DNA of 64,000 nt, from assembly GCA_958296065.1 (NCBI GenBank), contig CATQHX010000002.1, forward strand, positions 11,761 through 75,760, given 5' to 3'. Of the stretch, positions 38,315 to 46,700 are shown in pieces. The position numbers and the translations under genes were made by a program. Below the pieces are notes generated by a model. That model did not search any database, had not been told where the DNA came from, and worked only from the letters and a program-made list of their open reading frames with translations. Position 1 is the stretch's first letter; every line of letters begins with the position of its first letter. This stretch comes from Vicinamibacterales bacterium (GTDB lineage Bacteria; Acidobacteriota; Vicinamibacteria; Vicinamibacterales; UBA8438).

Positions 38315-39013
38315 CTATCCGGACGCTGCGTCAATCTCGTCCACGATGCGCTGCGCCGCTGCCCGTGGATTCGCTGCCTTCCGGATCGGCCTGCCAACGA
38401 CCAGATAGTCCGCTCCAAGCCCGATCGCCTCCGCCGGCGTGGTCAGCCGTTGGTGATCGTCCGCTCCGGCCCATGCCGGACGCACACCCGGACTCACCAG
38501 CACTACGTCAGGGCCGAAGGCCGCCCGGCAGGCGCCGATCGCGGCACCCGACACGATCAGCCCATCGCACCCCGCTTCGAGCATCTCTCCTCCGCGGTCT
38601 ACGATATAATCGGTTGCGCTCAGGTCCGGACGCCCGAAATTCGCCGGCGTGAGACTGGACAACAGCGGAACCATCAGGAATCGCGGAATCTGGCGCGCGC
38701 CACGCGCCCGCCGGCCTGCTGCAAGGCTGTGCCGCGTAAAGACATCATCCCGGCTCTCTGCCAGAGTGATGAACTTGATGCCCAGCTCTCCAGCGTGATC
38801 CACGAAATCCGTGATGGTGTTGCTGATGTCGCCTGCCATCTTCAGGTCGATGAAGATGCCCCCGCTTCGTTCCTGCCGAATACGCTGGAGGAGTCCGTAC
38901 AGGTCGCCTGCCAGGAACAGCCGCAGGCCGATCTTGAAAAAGGAGACGTTGTCCAGCGTATCTACCAAGCGCTCCGCTTCAGCGTGGGTACGCACGTCCA
39001 GCGCCACGATCAA
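38315..39013 (-). CDS. pyrF: Orotidine 5'-phosphate decarboxylase
   Basis: IVALDV...FFKIGLRLF...IFIDLKMAGDISNT...LVVGRPI motifs. TTG start (the only start codon in the open frame). Confidence 0.88.
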   Translation of the reverse strand: MIVALDVRTHAEAERLVDTLDNVSFFKIGLRLFLAGDLYGLLQRIRQERSGGIFIDLKMAGDISNTITDFVDHAGELGIKFITLAESRDDVFTRHSLAAGRRARGARQIPRFLMVPLLSSLTPANFGRPDLSATDYIVDRGGEMLEAGCDGLIVSGAAIGACRAAFGPDVVLVSPGVRPAWAGADDHQRLTTPAEAIGLGADYLVVGRPIRKAANPRAAAQRIVDEIDAASG

Positions 39014-39139
39014 ACGGTCTTTACCAGCCCTCAGAATCCACCTCCCAATCCGCCGGTTGCGTCCGCATTCCAGCCGGAGACAAACCCCTGTGGAATCATG
39101 TGCCCCAAGCCGCTGGGGAGCGGATGACTTCGCTTCGAA

Positions 39140-39155
39140 TGTTCCACGTGGAACA
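39140..39155. promoter_or_regulatory. parS: parS site TGTTCCACGTGGAACA (perfect 16-bp palindrome)
   Basis: Read directly, in the rsmG-pyrF intergenic gap. Confidence 0.85.
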
Positions 39156-39220
39156 TCAGCCCGGGCACTCCTGCCGCAAGCTGCTCTGGAATTCTCCTCG
39201 AACCTCCGTACTTCCTCTCC

Positions 39221-39883
39221 TTACATCATCGCCTTCCCACGCTTTCGAATCACGAGCAGCTCGCTCTGCGTTGTTGCCGACAGCCTGACCTTCTCCTCCA
39301 CGCAGAGCCGCGCCGCCAGCTCCCCACCCAGCTCGCCCTGCTGTCTCGCACGAAAGATCAGGACCACGCCGCCCGGCCTTACGAGCTCCTCAAGTCTCTC
39401 CCCCGACCATCGGTCGAACCCCACCCCGCGCATCGTCACGACGTCGTGCGCCTCTCGCGTGTCCGCCCGTACCGTCAACGTTTCGTAGCGACGATTCTCG
39501 ACCGCCACCGCGTCCAGGTCCAGCTCCCGTACCGCATGCCGCAGGAAGGCCGCCTTCCGTGCCCGGCTCTCGACCATCCGCAGCCGCACTTCCGGCCGCC
39601 CGATCTTCATCGGGATCGCCGGAGAGCCACCGCCGGAACCGATGTCCATCATCCACGTCGCGCTCGCTGGCACGCGGCGGACCGCCAGCAACGGCTCGAT
39701 GATCAGTCGCTCCAAACCACGGTCGCCGGTATCGAGGGCCGTAAGGTTCATGCGCTCGTTCCATCGAAACAATAGCTCCACGTAGTCCCCGAGCTGCCGC
39801 CACTGCTCCACACTCAACGCCACCCGCGCGCCCTCTCCCAACCCCCGCAACCGCTCCCGGAGCTCCGCTCCCGCCGTCCTCAC
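39221..39883 (-). CDS. rsmG: 16S rRNA (guanine527-N7)-methyltransferase RsmG (GidB)
   Basis: GTG start 39883 overlaps the mnmG stop (GTGA). NERMNLTAL, MDIGSGGGSPAIPMKI and VESRARKAAFL motifs. The upstream part of the 369-aa track ORF is off-frame over mnmG. Confidence 0.88.
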   Translation of the reverse strand: MRTAGAELRERLRGLGEGARVALSVEQWRQLGDYVELLFRWNERMNLTALDTGDRGLERLIIEPLLAVRRVPASATWMMDIGSGGGSPAIPMKIGRPEVRLRMVESRARKAAFLRHAVRELDLDAVAVENRRYETLTVRADTREAHDVVTMRGVGFDRWSGERLEELVRPGGVVLIFRARQQGELGGELAARLCVEEKVRLSATTQSELLVIRKRGKAMM

Positions 39884-41724
39884 TTCCCACCAACCTTCGC
39901 GCCGATCAGAGCCACGGCCGCCGGGGTCACCCCCGGCACGCGAAGGGCCTGGCCCAGAGTCTCGGGCTGTACCGCGCTCAGTCGCTCCACGATCTCCAGC
40001 GAGAGACCTGGTACGCCCGCGTACGAGAACGCCCGCGGGATACGGCGACCCTCCATGCGGCGCCCCCGATCGATCGTCGCCGCCTGTCGCTCCAAGTAGC
40101 CCGCGTACTTGAAGTGCGTCTCCACACTGCACACGTCCACCTGTTCCTCTCCGGAGCCCACTTCCAGCCGCAGCCCGCCACCGCTCGTCAACTCGTCCAA
40201 CATCGTGTCCGGCCGGCGCAGCGCCTGTGAAGCCCGGGCTCGTCTCCCGTTCCGGAGGGTTACCGTCGTCCCCGAGACCCGCCTCAGGTTCCGCTCGAAC
40301 CTCGACCGCCGGTTCTCGAACCGCGCCCAACGCCGATCGCCCACCAGTCCGACCTCGCGCCCTCGCTCGGTCAGGCGCAGGTCGGCGTTGTCTATGCGCA
40401 GAAACAGCCGGTACTCCGCCCGCGATGTGAACATCCGATATGGCTCCAGGCAGCCCCTTGTCGTTAGATCGTCCGCGAGAACGCCCAGGTATGCCTCGTC
40501 CCGACCCAGCACGAACGGATCCTCGCCGGCCACGGCCCGCGCGGCGTTGATCCCCGCGATGATCCCCTGCCCGGCCGCCTCCTCGTATCCGGATGTACCG
40601 TTGACCTGACCCGCCAGAAACAGCCCCTTCACCTCCCTCGCCTCGTAGCTGCGGGCCAGACTCGTCGGCTGCACGAAGTCGTACTCAACCGCGTACCCCG
40701 GCCGCATCATTACGGCGTCCTCTAGTCCCGGCAGCGCGTGTACCAACGCCTCCTGCACCTCCGCCGGCAGGCTCATCGAGCAGCCGTTCACGTACACCTC
40801 GTCCACGTCCAGTCCCTCCGGCTCCAGGAAGACGTGGTGCCGTTCGTGATGCGGGAACCGCATCACCTTGTCCTCGAGCGACGGGCAGTACCGGGGACCG
40901 ATGCCCTCGATCCGCCCGTTGTAGAGGGGCGAGCGAGCGATATTGGCCTGCACCATCTCGTGCACCTGCTCCGTCGTGTGCAGTTGGTGGCAGACGATCT
41001 GCGGCCTGTCGATAGTAGGCGTCAGGAATGAGAACGGCACCGGTTCTTCGTCCCCAAGGGCTTTCTCGAACCGGCTGAAGTCGATGCTCCGACGGTCCAG
41101 CCGCGGCGGCGTCCCGGTCTTCAGGCGGCCCCACGACAGCCCGAGGCCCTTGAGCGACTCCGCCAGCAGGTGCGACGGCGGCTCGCCCGCCCGGCCGGCC
41201 GGCGTGCGCCGATCGCCGACGTGCACGAGCCCGTTCAGGAACGTTCCCGTCGTCACCACGACCGCTCGTGCGTGCAGCCGCTCACCGGCGGCCGCTCCGC
41301 TTCCCGCTTCCAACTCGACCCCGGCGACAACGCCGCCACGCTCCACCAGCCGGCCGACCCGGCCGAAGATCCAGGCAATCCCCGCTTCGCGACGCAGCGC
41401 AGCCGCGACCCACGCGCCGTAACGCCGCTTGTCGGCTTGCGCCCGTGGCGACCTCACCGCCGGCCCGCGACTGCGGTTCAACAGCTTGAACTGGATACCG
41501 GTGGCGTCGATGGCCTCGCCCATCAAGCCGCCGAGCGCGTCGATCTCTCTGACCAGGTGCCCCTTCGCGGTACCCCCGATAGCCGGATTGCACGGCATGT
41601 GGGCGACCGTCGCCTCGGAGAGCGTGCACAGGCCGACGCTGCATCCCATCCGAGCCGCAGCGCGAGCCGCCTCCACTCCGGCGTGACCGGCACCAACAAC
41701 GATGACATCGAAACCACGAGCCAC
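39880..41724 (-). CDS. mnmG: tRNA uridine 5-carboxymethylaminomethyl modification enzyme MnmG (GidA)
   Basis: FDVIVVGAGHAGVEAA FAD motif, GPRYCPSLEDK, GQVNGTSGYEEAAGQG. Confidence 0.96.
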   Translation of the reverse strand: MARGFDVIVVGAGHAGVEAARAAARMGCSVGLCTLSEATVAHMPCNPAIGGTAKGHLVREIDALGGLMGEAIDATGIQFKLLNRSRGPAVRSPRAQADKRRYGAWVAAALRREAGIAWIFGRVGRLVERGGVVAGVELEAGSGAAAGERLHARAVVVTTGTFLNGLVHVGDRRTPAGRAGEPPSHLLAESLKGLGLSWGRLKTGTPPRLDRRSIDFSRFEKALGDEEPVPFSFLTPTIDRPQIVCHQLHTTEQVHEMVQANIARSPLYNGRIEGIGPRYCPSLEDKVMRFPHHERHHVFLEPEGLDVDEVYVNGCSMSLPAEVQEALVHALPGLEDAVMMRPGYAVEYDFVQPTSLARSYEAREVKGLFLAGQVNGTSGYEEAAGQGIIAGINAARAVAGEDPFVLGRDEAYLGVLADDLTTRGCLEPYRMFTSRAEYRLFLRIDNADLRLTERGREVGLVGDRRWARFENRRSRFERNLRRVSGTTVTLRNGRRARASQALRRPDTMLDELTSGGGLRLEVGSGEEQVDVCSVETHFKYAGYLERQAATIDRGRRMEGRRIPRAFSYAGVPGLSLEIVERLSAVQPETLGQALRVPGVTPAAVALIGAKVGGK

Positions 41725-41735
41725 ATCGCCTCCGA

Positions 41736-43106
41736 CTACTTACCGATACAGAACCGTTCGAAGATCCGCTCGAGGACGGCGTCCGGGGTTCGCTTCCCCG
41801 TGACCTCCTCCAGCGCGCGCCGCGCCTCCTCCAGATCCACCAGCAGGAGTTCCTCCGTTGCGCCGCCTTCCGCCGCCGCCGCGGCGCGTCGCAGCGCCGT
41901 TTCGGCGGAGGTCAGCAAGCCGATGTGCCGGGCGTTCGATATGGCCGGGGGGTCACGCCCGGGTGCCTTGCCCTCCAGGAGACCCAAGAGCGCCTCGCGA
42001 ATCGTATCCGCCGAGCTACCGTCGATCAGACACGTTTCGACCAGCGGACTGCCGCTCCCCACCTCCAGCTGTTCCTCCGCAGACCACGCCGTCGGAAGAT
42101 CCCGCTTGTTTGCGACTACGAGCCGGGAACGCCCCTCCGTTTGCCTCAATAGGACCCGGTCATCCTGATCGAGAACCCGCGAACGATCCACCACGACGAC
42201 GACAGCCGAGGCCGCCTCGACTGCCCCCCGAGCGCGACTCACGCCTTCCGCCTCCACGGCGTCCGATGTCGCGCGAATCCCGGCCGTGTCCACCAAGGTG
42301 ACCGGAATCCCCGCGAGATGGATGGTCTCGGTCACCAGATCCCTGGTGGTCCCCGCGGTATTGGCCACTATCGTCCTCTGCACGCCGCACAGCACGTTGA
42401 AGAGGGAAGACTTGCCGACGTTGGGCTTGCCGGCGACGGCCACCTGGCACCCTTCCCGAATCAACCGGCCCTGGCGTGAAGAGGCGATGAGGCGTCGTAC
42501 CCGGTCGGCCAGCTCCGCAACCTCCACACCGGCTGCCTTGGCATCGACGAAGTGATACCCCTCCTCCGGAAAGTCCAATGAAGCCTCGAGCCGTGCGACC
42601 ACGTTGAAGAGCGCATCCTCAACGGCGCAGATCGCCGCCGTGGCGGTCCCTTCAAGCTGATCGAAGGCGACGCGCGCCTGCCGCGGCGTCACCGCTGTCA
42701 CGAGATCGTGTATCGCTTCCGCCTGGACCAGGTCCATGCGCCCTTGAAGAAACGCTCGGAAGGTGAACTCCCCGGGTTCCGCCAATCTGGCCCCTGCCGC
42801 GGTTGCGGACTCGACGATCCGCCGGAGAACGACCGGGCTTCCGTGCCCGCTGATTTCCACGACATCCTCGCCCGTGTAGGACCGCGGGCGCGGGAAGTAC
42901 GTGGCAAGCACCCGATCGATTGACCTTTGGCGGGAGGGCTCCAGCGCGTGGGTCAGCGTGGCGCGCCGCGGCTCGAGGTTGCCGGGCCCAGACAGAATGG
43001 CCGCGGCGATCTCCGAGGCTCTTGGCCCACTCAACCGGACGATGCCGATCCCGCCCGGCCCCGGCGGCGTAGCGATGGCCACGATCGTGTCGTCGGTGGC
43101 AAACAT
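41736..43106 (-). CDS. mnmE: tRNA modification GTPase MnmE (TrmE)
   Basis: DTIVAIATPPG N-terminus, G1 GKPNVGKSSLFN, DTAGIR, C-terminal CIGK. Confidence 0.96.
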   Translation of the reverse strand: MFATDDTIVAIATPPGPGGIGIVRLSGPRASEIAAAILSGPGNLEPRRATLTHALEPSRQRSIDRVLATYFPRPRSYTGEDVVEISGHGSPVVLRRIVESATAAGARLAEPGEFTFRAFLQGRMDLVQAEAIHDLVTAVTPRQARVAFDQLEGTATAAICAVEDALFNVVARLEASLDFPEEGYHFVDAKAAGVEVAELADRVRRLIASSRQGRLIREGCQVAVAGKPNVGKSSLFNVLCGVQRTIVANTAGTTRDLVTETIHLAGIPVTLVDTAGIRATSDAVEAEGVSRARGAVEAASAVVVVVDRSRVLDQDDRVLLRQTEGRSRLVVANKRDLPTAWSAEEQLEVGSGSPLVETCLIDGSSADTIREALLGLLEGKAPGRDPPAISNARHIGLLTSAETALRRAAAAAEGGATEELLLVDLEEARRALEEVTGKRTPDAVLERIFERFCIGK

Positions 43107-43199
43107 CCCCGTCCTTGCCTGGCAGTCGAACGACGGGTTGTCGTCCCGGCGCTAACCGGCGGTCCACGCCGCGCCCGGGAACACTGGACGCAACCGTTC

Positions 43200-43652
43200 T
43201 TACTCGCCGGGTGCGATGAGAACCGTCTTCATGAAGGCGTCACCGATGCTCTCCGACGACACGCCCGGGATATCGGTCACTGTGAGGTGAACGAGTCGCC
43301 GAGCATACGGATTCAGAGGACCGATCTCCTGCGGCTCGCCGGTCTCGCGCGCCCTCTCGGCGAGGATCCTTGCCGATTCGCGCAGTTCCCCGTCCTTGCC
43401 CTTGCGGTAGTCCAGGCAGTCGACGACGATGTGCCCGCGCTCGTGCTCGCGCCGGAAGGCGGCATTGACGATGTGTTGCAGGGCGTCGAGACCCTCCGCC
43501 TTGCGTTGGAGAAACACCTCGGAGCCGTCCCCGGCCAGGCGCACCCGCGTGCCGTCCTCGATTGCTTCGACGTCGACCTCGAGTGTCAGCCCCAGGGCTC
43601 CGCCGATCTCCTTCACGAACTCGCCCATCCGTGTGTCGAGAGCATCACTCAC
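43200..43652 (-). CDS. jag: Jag/KhpB-like RNA-binding protein (KH + R3H), short form
   Basis: GTG start 43652 overlaps the yidC stop (GTGA). R3H motif PYARRLVHLTV. Conserved position after yidC. The upstream part of the 302-aa track ORF is off-frame over yidC. Confidence 0.8.
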   Translation of the reverse strand: MSDALDTRMGEFVKEIGGALGLTLEVDVEAIEDGTRVRLAGDGSEVFLQRKAEGLDALQHIVNAAFRREHERGHIVVDCLDYRKGKDGELRESARILAERARETGEPQEIGPLNPYARRLVHLTVTDIPGVSSESIGDAFMKTVLIAPGE

Positions 43653-45472
43653 TGTGCCTTTGCCTTTCTTCCTGGTCCACCCGCCCTGCCACTCTTCTTG
43701 ACGCGCCGTTCGGCCGGAGGGTTCACTCGGCGCTCGGCCGGAGGGCGCACGGTTCGCGTCTTCGGCGGGCCAATCACGCGATTCGTCACGACGGTCTGCA
43801 GAATACCGATCACGTTGCTGGTCAGCCAGTAGAGGACCAGCCCGCTCGGTGCCCAGACGAACATGAAAGTGAACACCACGGGCATGAGCATCATGATCTT
43901 CTGCTGCATCGGATCCGCCTGGGTGGGCGTCATCTTCTGTTGCAGCACCATGGACGCGCCCATGATGATCGGCGTGATGTAAAGCGGATCCTCCAGGGAC
44001 AGGTCGGTAATCCAGCCTACCCACGGCTCGCCACGAATCTCGACTGCCGACCGGAGGAGGCTGAAGAACGCGAAGAGAATCGGAAACGTCAGGAGCATCG
44101 GAAGACACCCGCTCGCCGGGTTCACTCCGCGGTCCCGGTAGAGCGCCATAATCTCCTGATTCATCTTCTGCTTCTCAGGATCGGTCGTCTTCAGGTGAGC
44201 GTACCGTTCCTGGATCGCCTTCATCTCCGGCTGCACTTCCTGCATCTTGCGCATGGAGACGACGCTCTTGTGCCGCAGCGGGAAGATGATGATGTTCACG
44301 AGCACGGTAAGGATGATGATCGCCCAGCCCCAATTGGCCACGTATTCATGGATCCAGGTGAGCGAACGGTGCAGTGGGACGACGAGCCAGCTCAGCCAGC
44401 CGAAGTCGATCGACCTGATCAGCGCAGGATCCACCAGCTCCAGCGTTTCGAACTCCTTGGGTCCGATGAAGAACGGCAGGTCGATGCCGTCACCCGGTAA
44501 CTGCAGGCCGAACGCCATCAACTCACGCGAGGGTCCGTCGGGCGTCAGCGGCGGCAACGGCACGTGGCGGAACGTGACCTCCGCCTCTTGCCGGCCGGCC
44601 AGAGCGACCGCCACGAAGTAGTGATTGTCGACGCCGACGAACCCAATCTGCCCGCGGTACGACGGGCGCGCGGCCACGTCCGACGATGTCGGCCGCGTGA
44701 TTCCCTCTTCCTCCAGACCTTCCGCACCCAGCAGGCGGCCGAAGATCAGGCCTCGAGGCCCCTCTCGGTAGGCCATTCCCGTGCTGGACGACTCCACGCC
44801 GCCGAGGGCCGGGCCCCACTCGATGACCGGAGAAAGGCGCATGTCCCCGAGAAACGCACTAGCCCGGAAGCGAACCAGATAGCCGCGCCCCGCCGGTTCG
44901 AATTCGTATTCCTTGTTGACTCTGAAACCCGACGAATCCGAGAACTCGAATCCCAGCGTTTCCGAGCGATCGGCGAGCGAAACGACCGTGGTGTTCGGCC
45001 GGTACAGCGCCTGAGCGGCACGCACGGTCAACTCGGGGTCCTCGAAAACCAGAGAGAACGGCGGAAGCTCGTCGGGCGGCAACTCCTGCGGCACGAGATC
45101 GATCCGCCGCCCCGTCTCCTGATCCAGGTCGCCCTTGAGCTCCCAATGGACGGGCGACGCCCCGCGATTGCGAAAAACAGCGTGCACGTTTTCGCTCTCG
45201 ACAACGATGTCCCGGGGTTCCGTATCGGCGACCAGCGGCGCTATCTCGTTCTGCGGATTGGCTTCCGGGGTCGCCGCCGGTGCGGTCGCAACCGCCGCGC
45301 CATCTCGCGACAACGGCGGATCGGCCACGCCGGCCGGAGCGGACTCCGTCGGTGTCGCTACTCCGGTCCGCGCCGTGTCGGCCGGCGGCGCCGCCGGCGG
45401 AACCACGAGGCTCTGGTACACGAGGAGCACCAGGAGGGACAGCAGGAAGGCGAGCAGAACTCTTCGTTCCAT
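43649..45472 (-). CDS. yidC: Membrane protein insertase YidC
   Basis: Start MERRVLLAFLLSLLVLLVY (ATG 45472). Large periplasmic domain, then WGWAIIILTVLVNIIIFPLRHKS, MQEVQPEMKAIQERY and NPASGCLPMLLTFPILFAFF. Confidence 0.95.
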   Translation of the reverse strand: MERRVLLAFLLSLLVLLVYQSLVVPPAAPPADTARTGVATPTESAPAGVADPPLSRDGAAVATAPAATPEANPQNEIAPLVADTEPRDIVVESENVHAVFRNRGASPVHWELKGDLDQETGRRIDLVPQELPPDELPPFSLVFEDPELTVRAAQALYRPNTTVVSLADRSETLGFEFSDSSGFRVNKEYEFEPAGRGYLVRFRASAFLGDMRLSPVIEWGPALGGVESSSTGMAYREGPRGLIFGRLLGAEGLEEEGITRPTSSDVAARPSYRGQIGFVGVDNHYFVAVALAGRQEAEVTFRHVPLPPLTPDGPSRELMAFGLQLPGDGIDLPFFIGPKEFETLELVDPALIRSIDFGWLSWLVVPLHRSLTWIHEYVANWGWAIIILTVLVNIIIFPLRHKSVVSMRKMQEVQPEMKAIQERYAHLKTTDPEKQKMNQEIMALYRDRGVNPASGCLPMLLTFPILFAFFSLLRSAVEIRGEPWVGWITDLSLEDPLYITPIIMGASMVLQQKMTPTQADPMQQKIMMLMPVVFTFMFVWAPSGLVLYWLTSNVIGILQTVVTNRVIGPPKTRTVRPPAERRVNPPAERRVKKSGRAGGPGRKAKAQ

Positions 45473-45515
45473 GAGTGTGCCTGAAATTCTGTAACGGCCG
45501 CGGCCAGCGTGCGAT

Positions 45516-45809
45516 TTATCGAACATCCACGCGCCGGCAGCGCGGCGCTGGAACCTGGTCGAGTCCTCCGCGGCACAGCGGCTGGCAGCGCGCCAGCCGG
45601 CAGACCGCGAGCCAGCCCCCGCGGATGGCTCCGTGGCGAGCGACCGCCTCGGCCGCGTACACGGAGCAGGACGGCACGAACCGACAGTACCCCCCAAGTA
45701 ACTGGGAGAGAGTCACTTGATAGGACCTAATCGCCGCCAGAAGCAGGCGCGCGGCCGGGGACGGGGACCGGCTTCCGCAGCCCCGCTTGCCGGCGACGGG
45801 CTCGTCCAT
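45516..45809 (-). CDS. yidD: Membrane protein insertion efficiency factor YidD
   Basis: IRSYQVTLSQLLGGYCRFVPSCSVYAAEAVARHG core motif. The start is uncertain; ATG 45809 overlaps the rnpA 3' end. Confidence 0.8.
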   Translation of the reverse strand: MDEPVAGKRGCGSRSPSPAARLLLAAIRSYQVTLSQLLGGYCRFVPSCSVYAAEAVARHGAIRGGWLAVCRLARCQPLCRGGLDQVPAPRCRRVDVR

Positions 45810-46134
45810 GCCGTTCGAGAGTGGCACGATAGTCGGACTCGAGAGCCGGAAATCGAATGTCGGGAAATTCGGGCCGCAGCAGCGCGACGAGGTCGAATCC
45901 CGGCATGCCCCTGCGAGTTCGGAAGAGCTCACGCATCAGGCGCTTTGCCCGGTTTCGCCGAACCGCCCCCCCGATGCGACGCGTTGCGATAATTCCGAGC
46001 CGGCTGCGGCCGAGACCGTTTGGAAGCGTGAACAGCGTCAGGTAGCGGCCGCGGATTCGAGAACCCTGACGCTGAACGCCGAGGAACTCGCGGCGCCGCC
46101 GAATCCGATCGTGCCTGGACAGTGAACGATCCAC
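45727..46134 (-). CDS. rnpA: Ribonuclease P protein component
   Basis: Basic 135-aa protein with RLGIIATRRIGGAVRRNRAKRLMRE (RNR motif), directly downstream of rpmH. Confidence 0.9.
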   Translation of the reverse strand: MDRSLSRHDRIRRRREFLGVQRQGSRIRGRYLTLFTLPNGLGRSRLGIIATRRIGGAVRRNRAKRLMRELFRTRRGMPGFDLVALLRPEFPDIRFPALESDYRATLERHGRARRRQAGLRKPVPVPGRAPASGGD

Positions 46135-46183
46135 GTTCCACGCCGCCGCGAGTGCCCCCGAAGAACGGTTGCCGTTCGATCCC

Positions 46184-46321
46184 TCACGACACGGAAAGGC
46201 GCTTTCGCCCCTTTGCGCGACGCCTCCTCAGGATTTCCCTGCCCGCCTTCGTGCTCATCCGCTTGCGAAACCCATGCGTCCGCTTGCGCCGCCGGTTGTT
46301 CGGCTGATAGGTGCGTTTCAT
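46184..46321 (-). CDS. rpmH: 50S ribosomal protein L34
   Basis: Not in the ORF track (45 aa). Manual translation gives [45 protein letters not shown], the canonical L34 sequence. Confidence 0.95.
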   Translation of the reverse strand: MKRTYQPNNRRRKRTHGFRKRMSTKAGREILRRRRAKGRKRLSVS

Positions 46322-46470
46322 GCCCTCGTCATCTCCGCGGTCCGCTCAACGAACCAGACCGTATACCAAACGAGCATGGTACTGGGCATCCCCCCTTCGA
46401 GTCAACGGCCAGGTGAAACCATTCGTGCCCCGTTTCACAACAGGATTCCGGTTGTCGTGGTCGTGCGGCG

Positions 46471-46550
46471 TGTGGTACATTCCCGGTCCCCGGCATCCAG
46501 ATCCCCTCCACAGCGAGATTTCCACAGGGTGTGGAAGAAACTGTGGAAAT
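46471..46550. promoter_or_regulatory. Cluster of five DnaA-box-like 9-mers upstream of dnaA
   Basis: TGTGGTACA (46471-79), CCTCCACA (46505-12), ATTTCCACA (46518-26), TGTGGAAGA (46530-38) and TGTGGAAAT (46542-50), compared with consensus TTATCCACA/TGTGGATAA. Confidence 0.6.
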
Positions 46551-46700
46551 ATGGGTAGTCGGGCTGCCGTTCCGCTGATCGGCGCAGCGGAGCTTGTGCC
46601 GGAGGATCCGTTCCGCCGGTCCCTGCAGAGGAGTCATCGCCGCACATCGACCTGCCGGCGCGGAATCGCGACCGAGGCGGTCGGCTGAGCCTCCACGTTC

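Noticed and set aside
43653-45697. N-terminal extensions of track ORFs for jag (to 44108), yidC (to 45697), rsmG (to 40330), the ABC ATPase (to 29410), DUF1501 (to 15669) and DUF885 (to 63996)
   Set aside because: The extensions run off-frame across the upstream gene or have junk composition. Internal starts give canonical N-termini and GTGA/ATGA coupling with the upstream stop.
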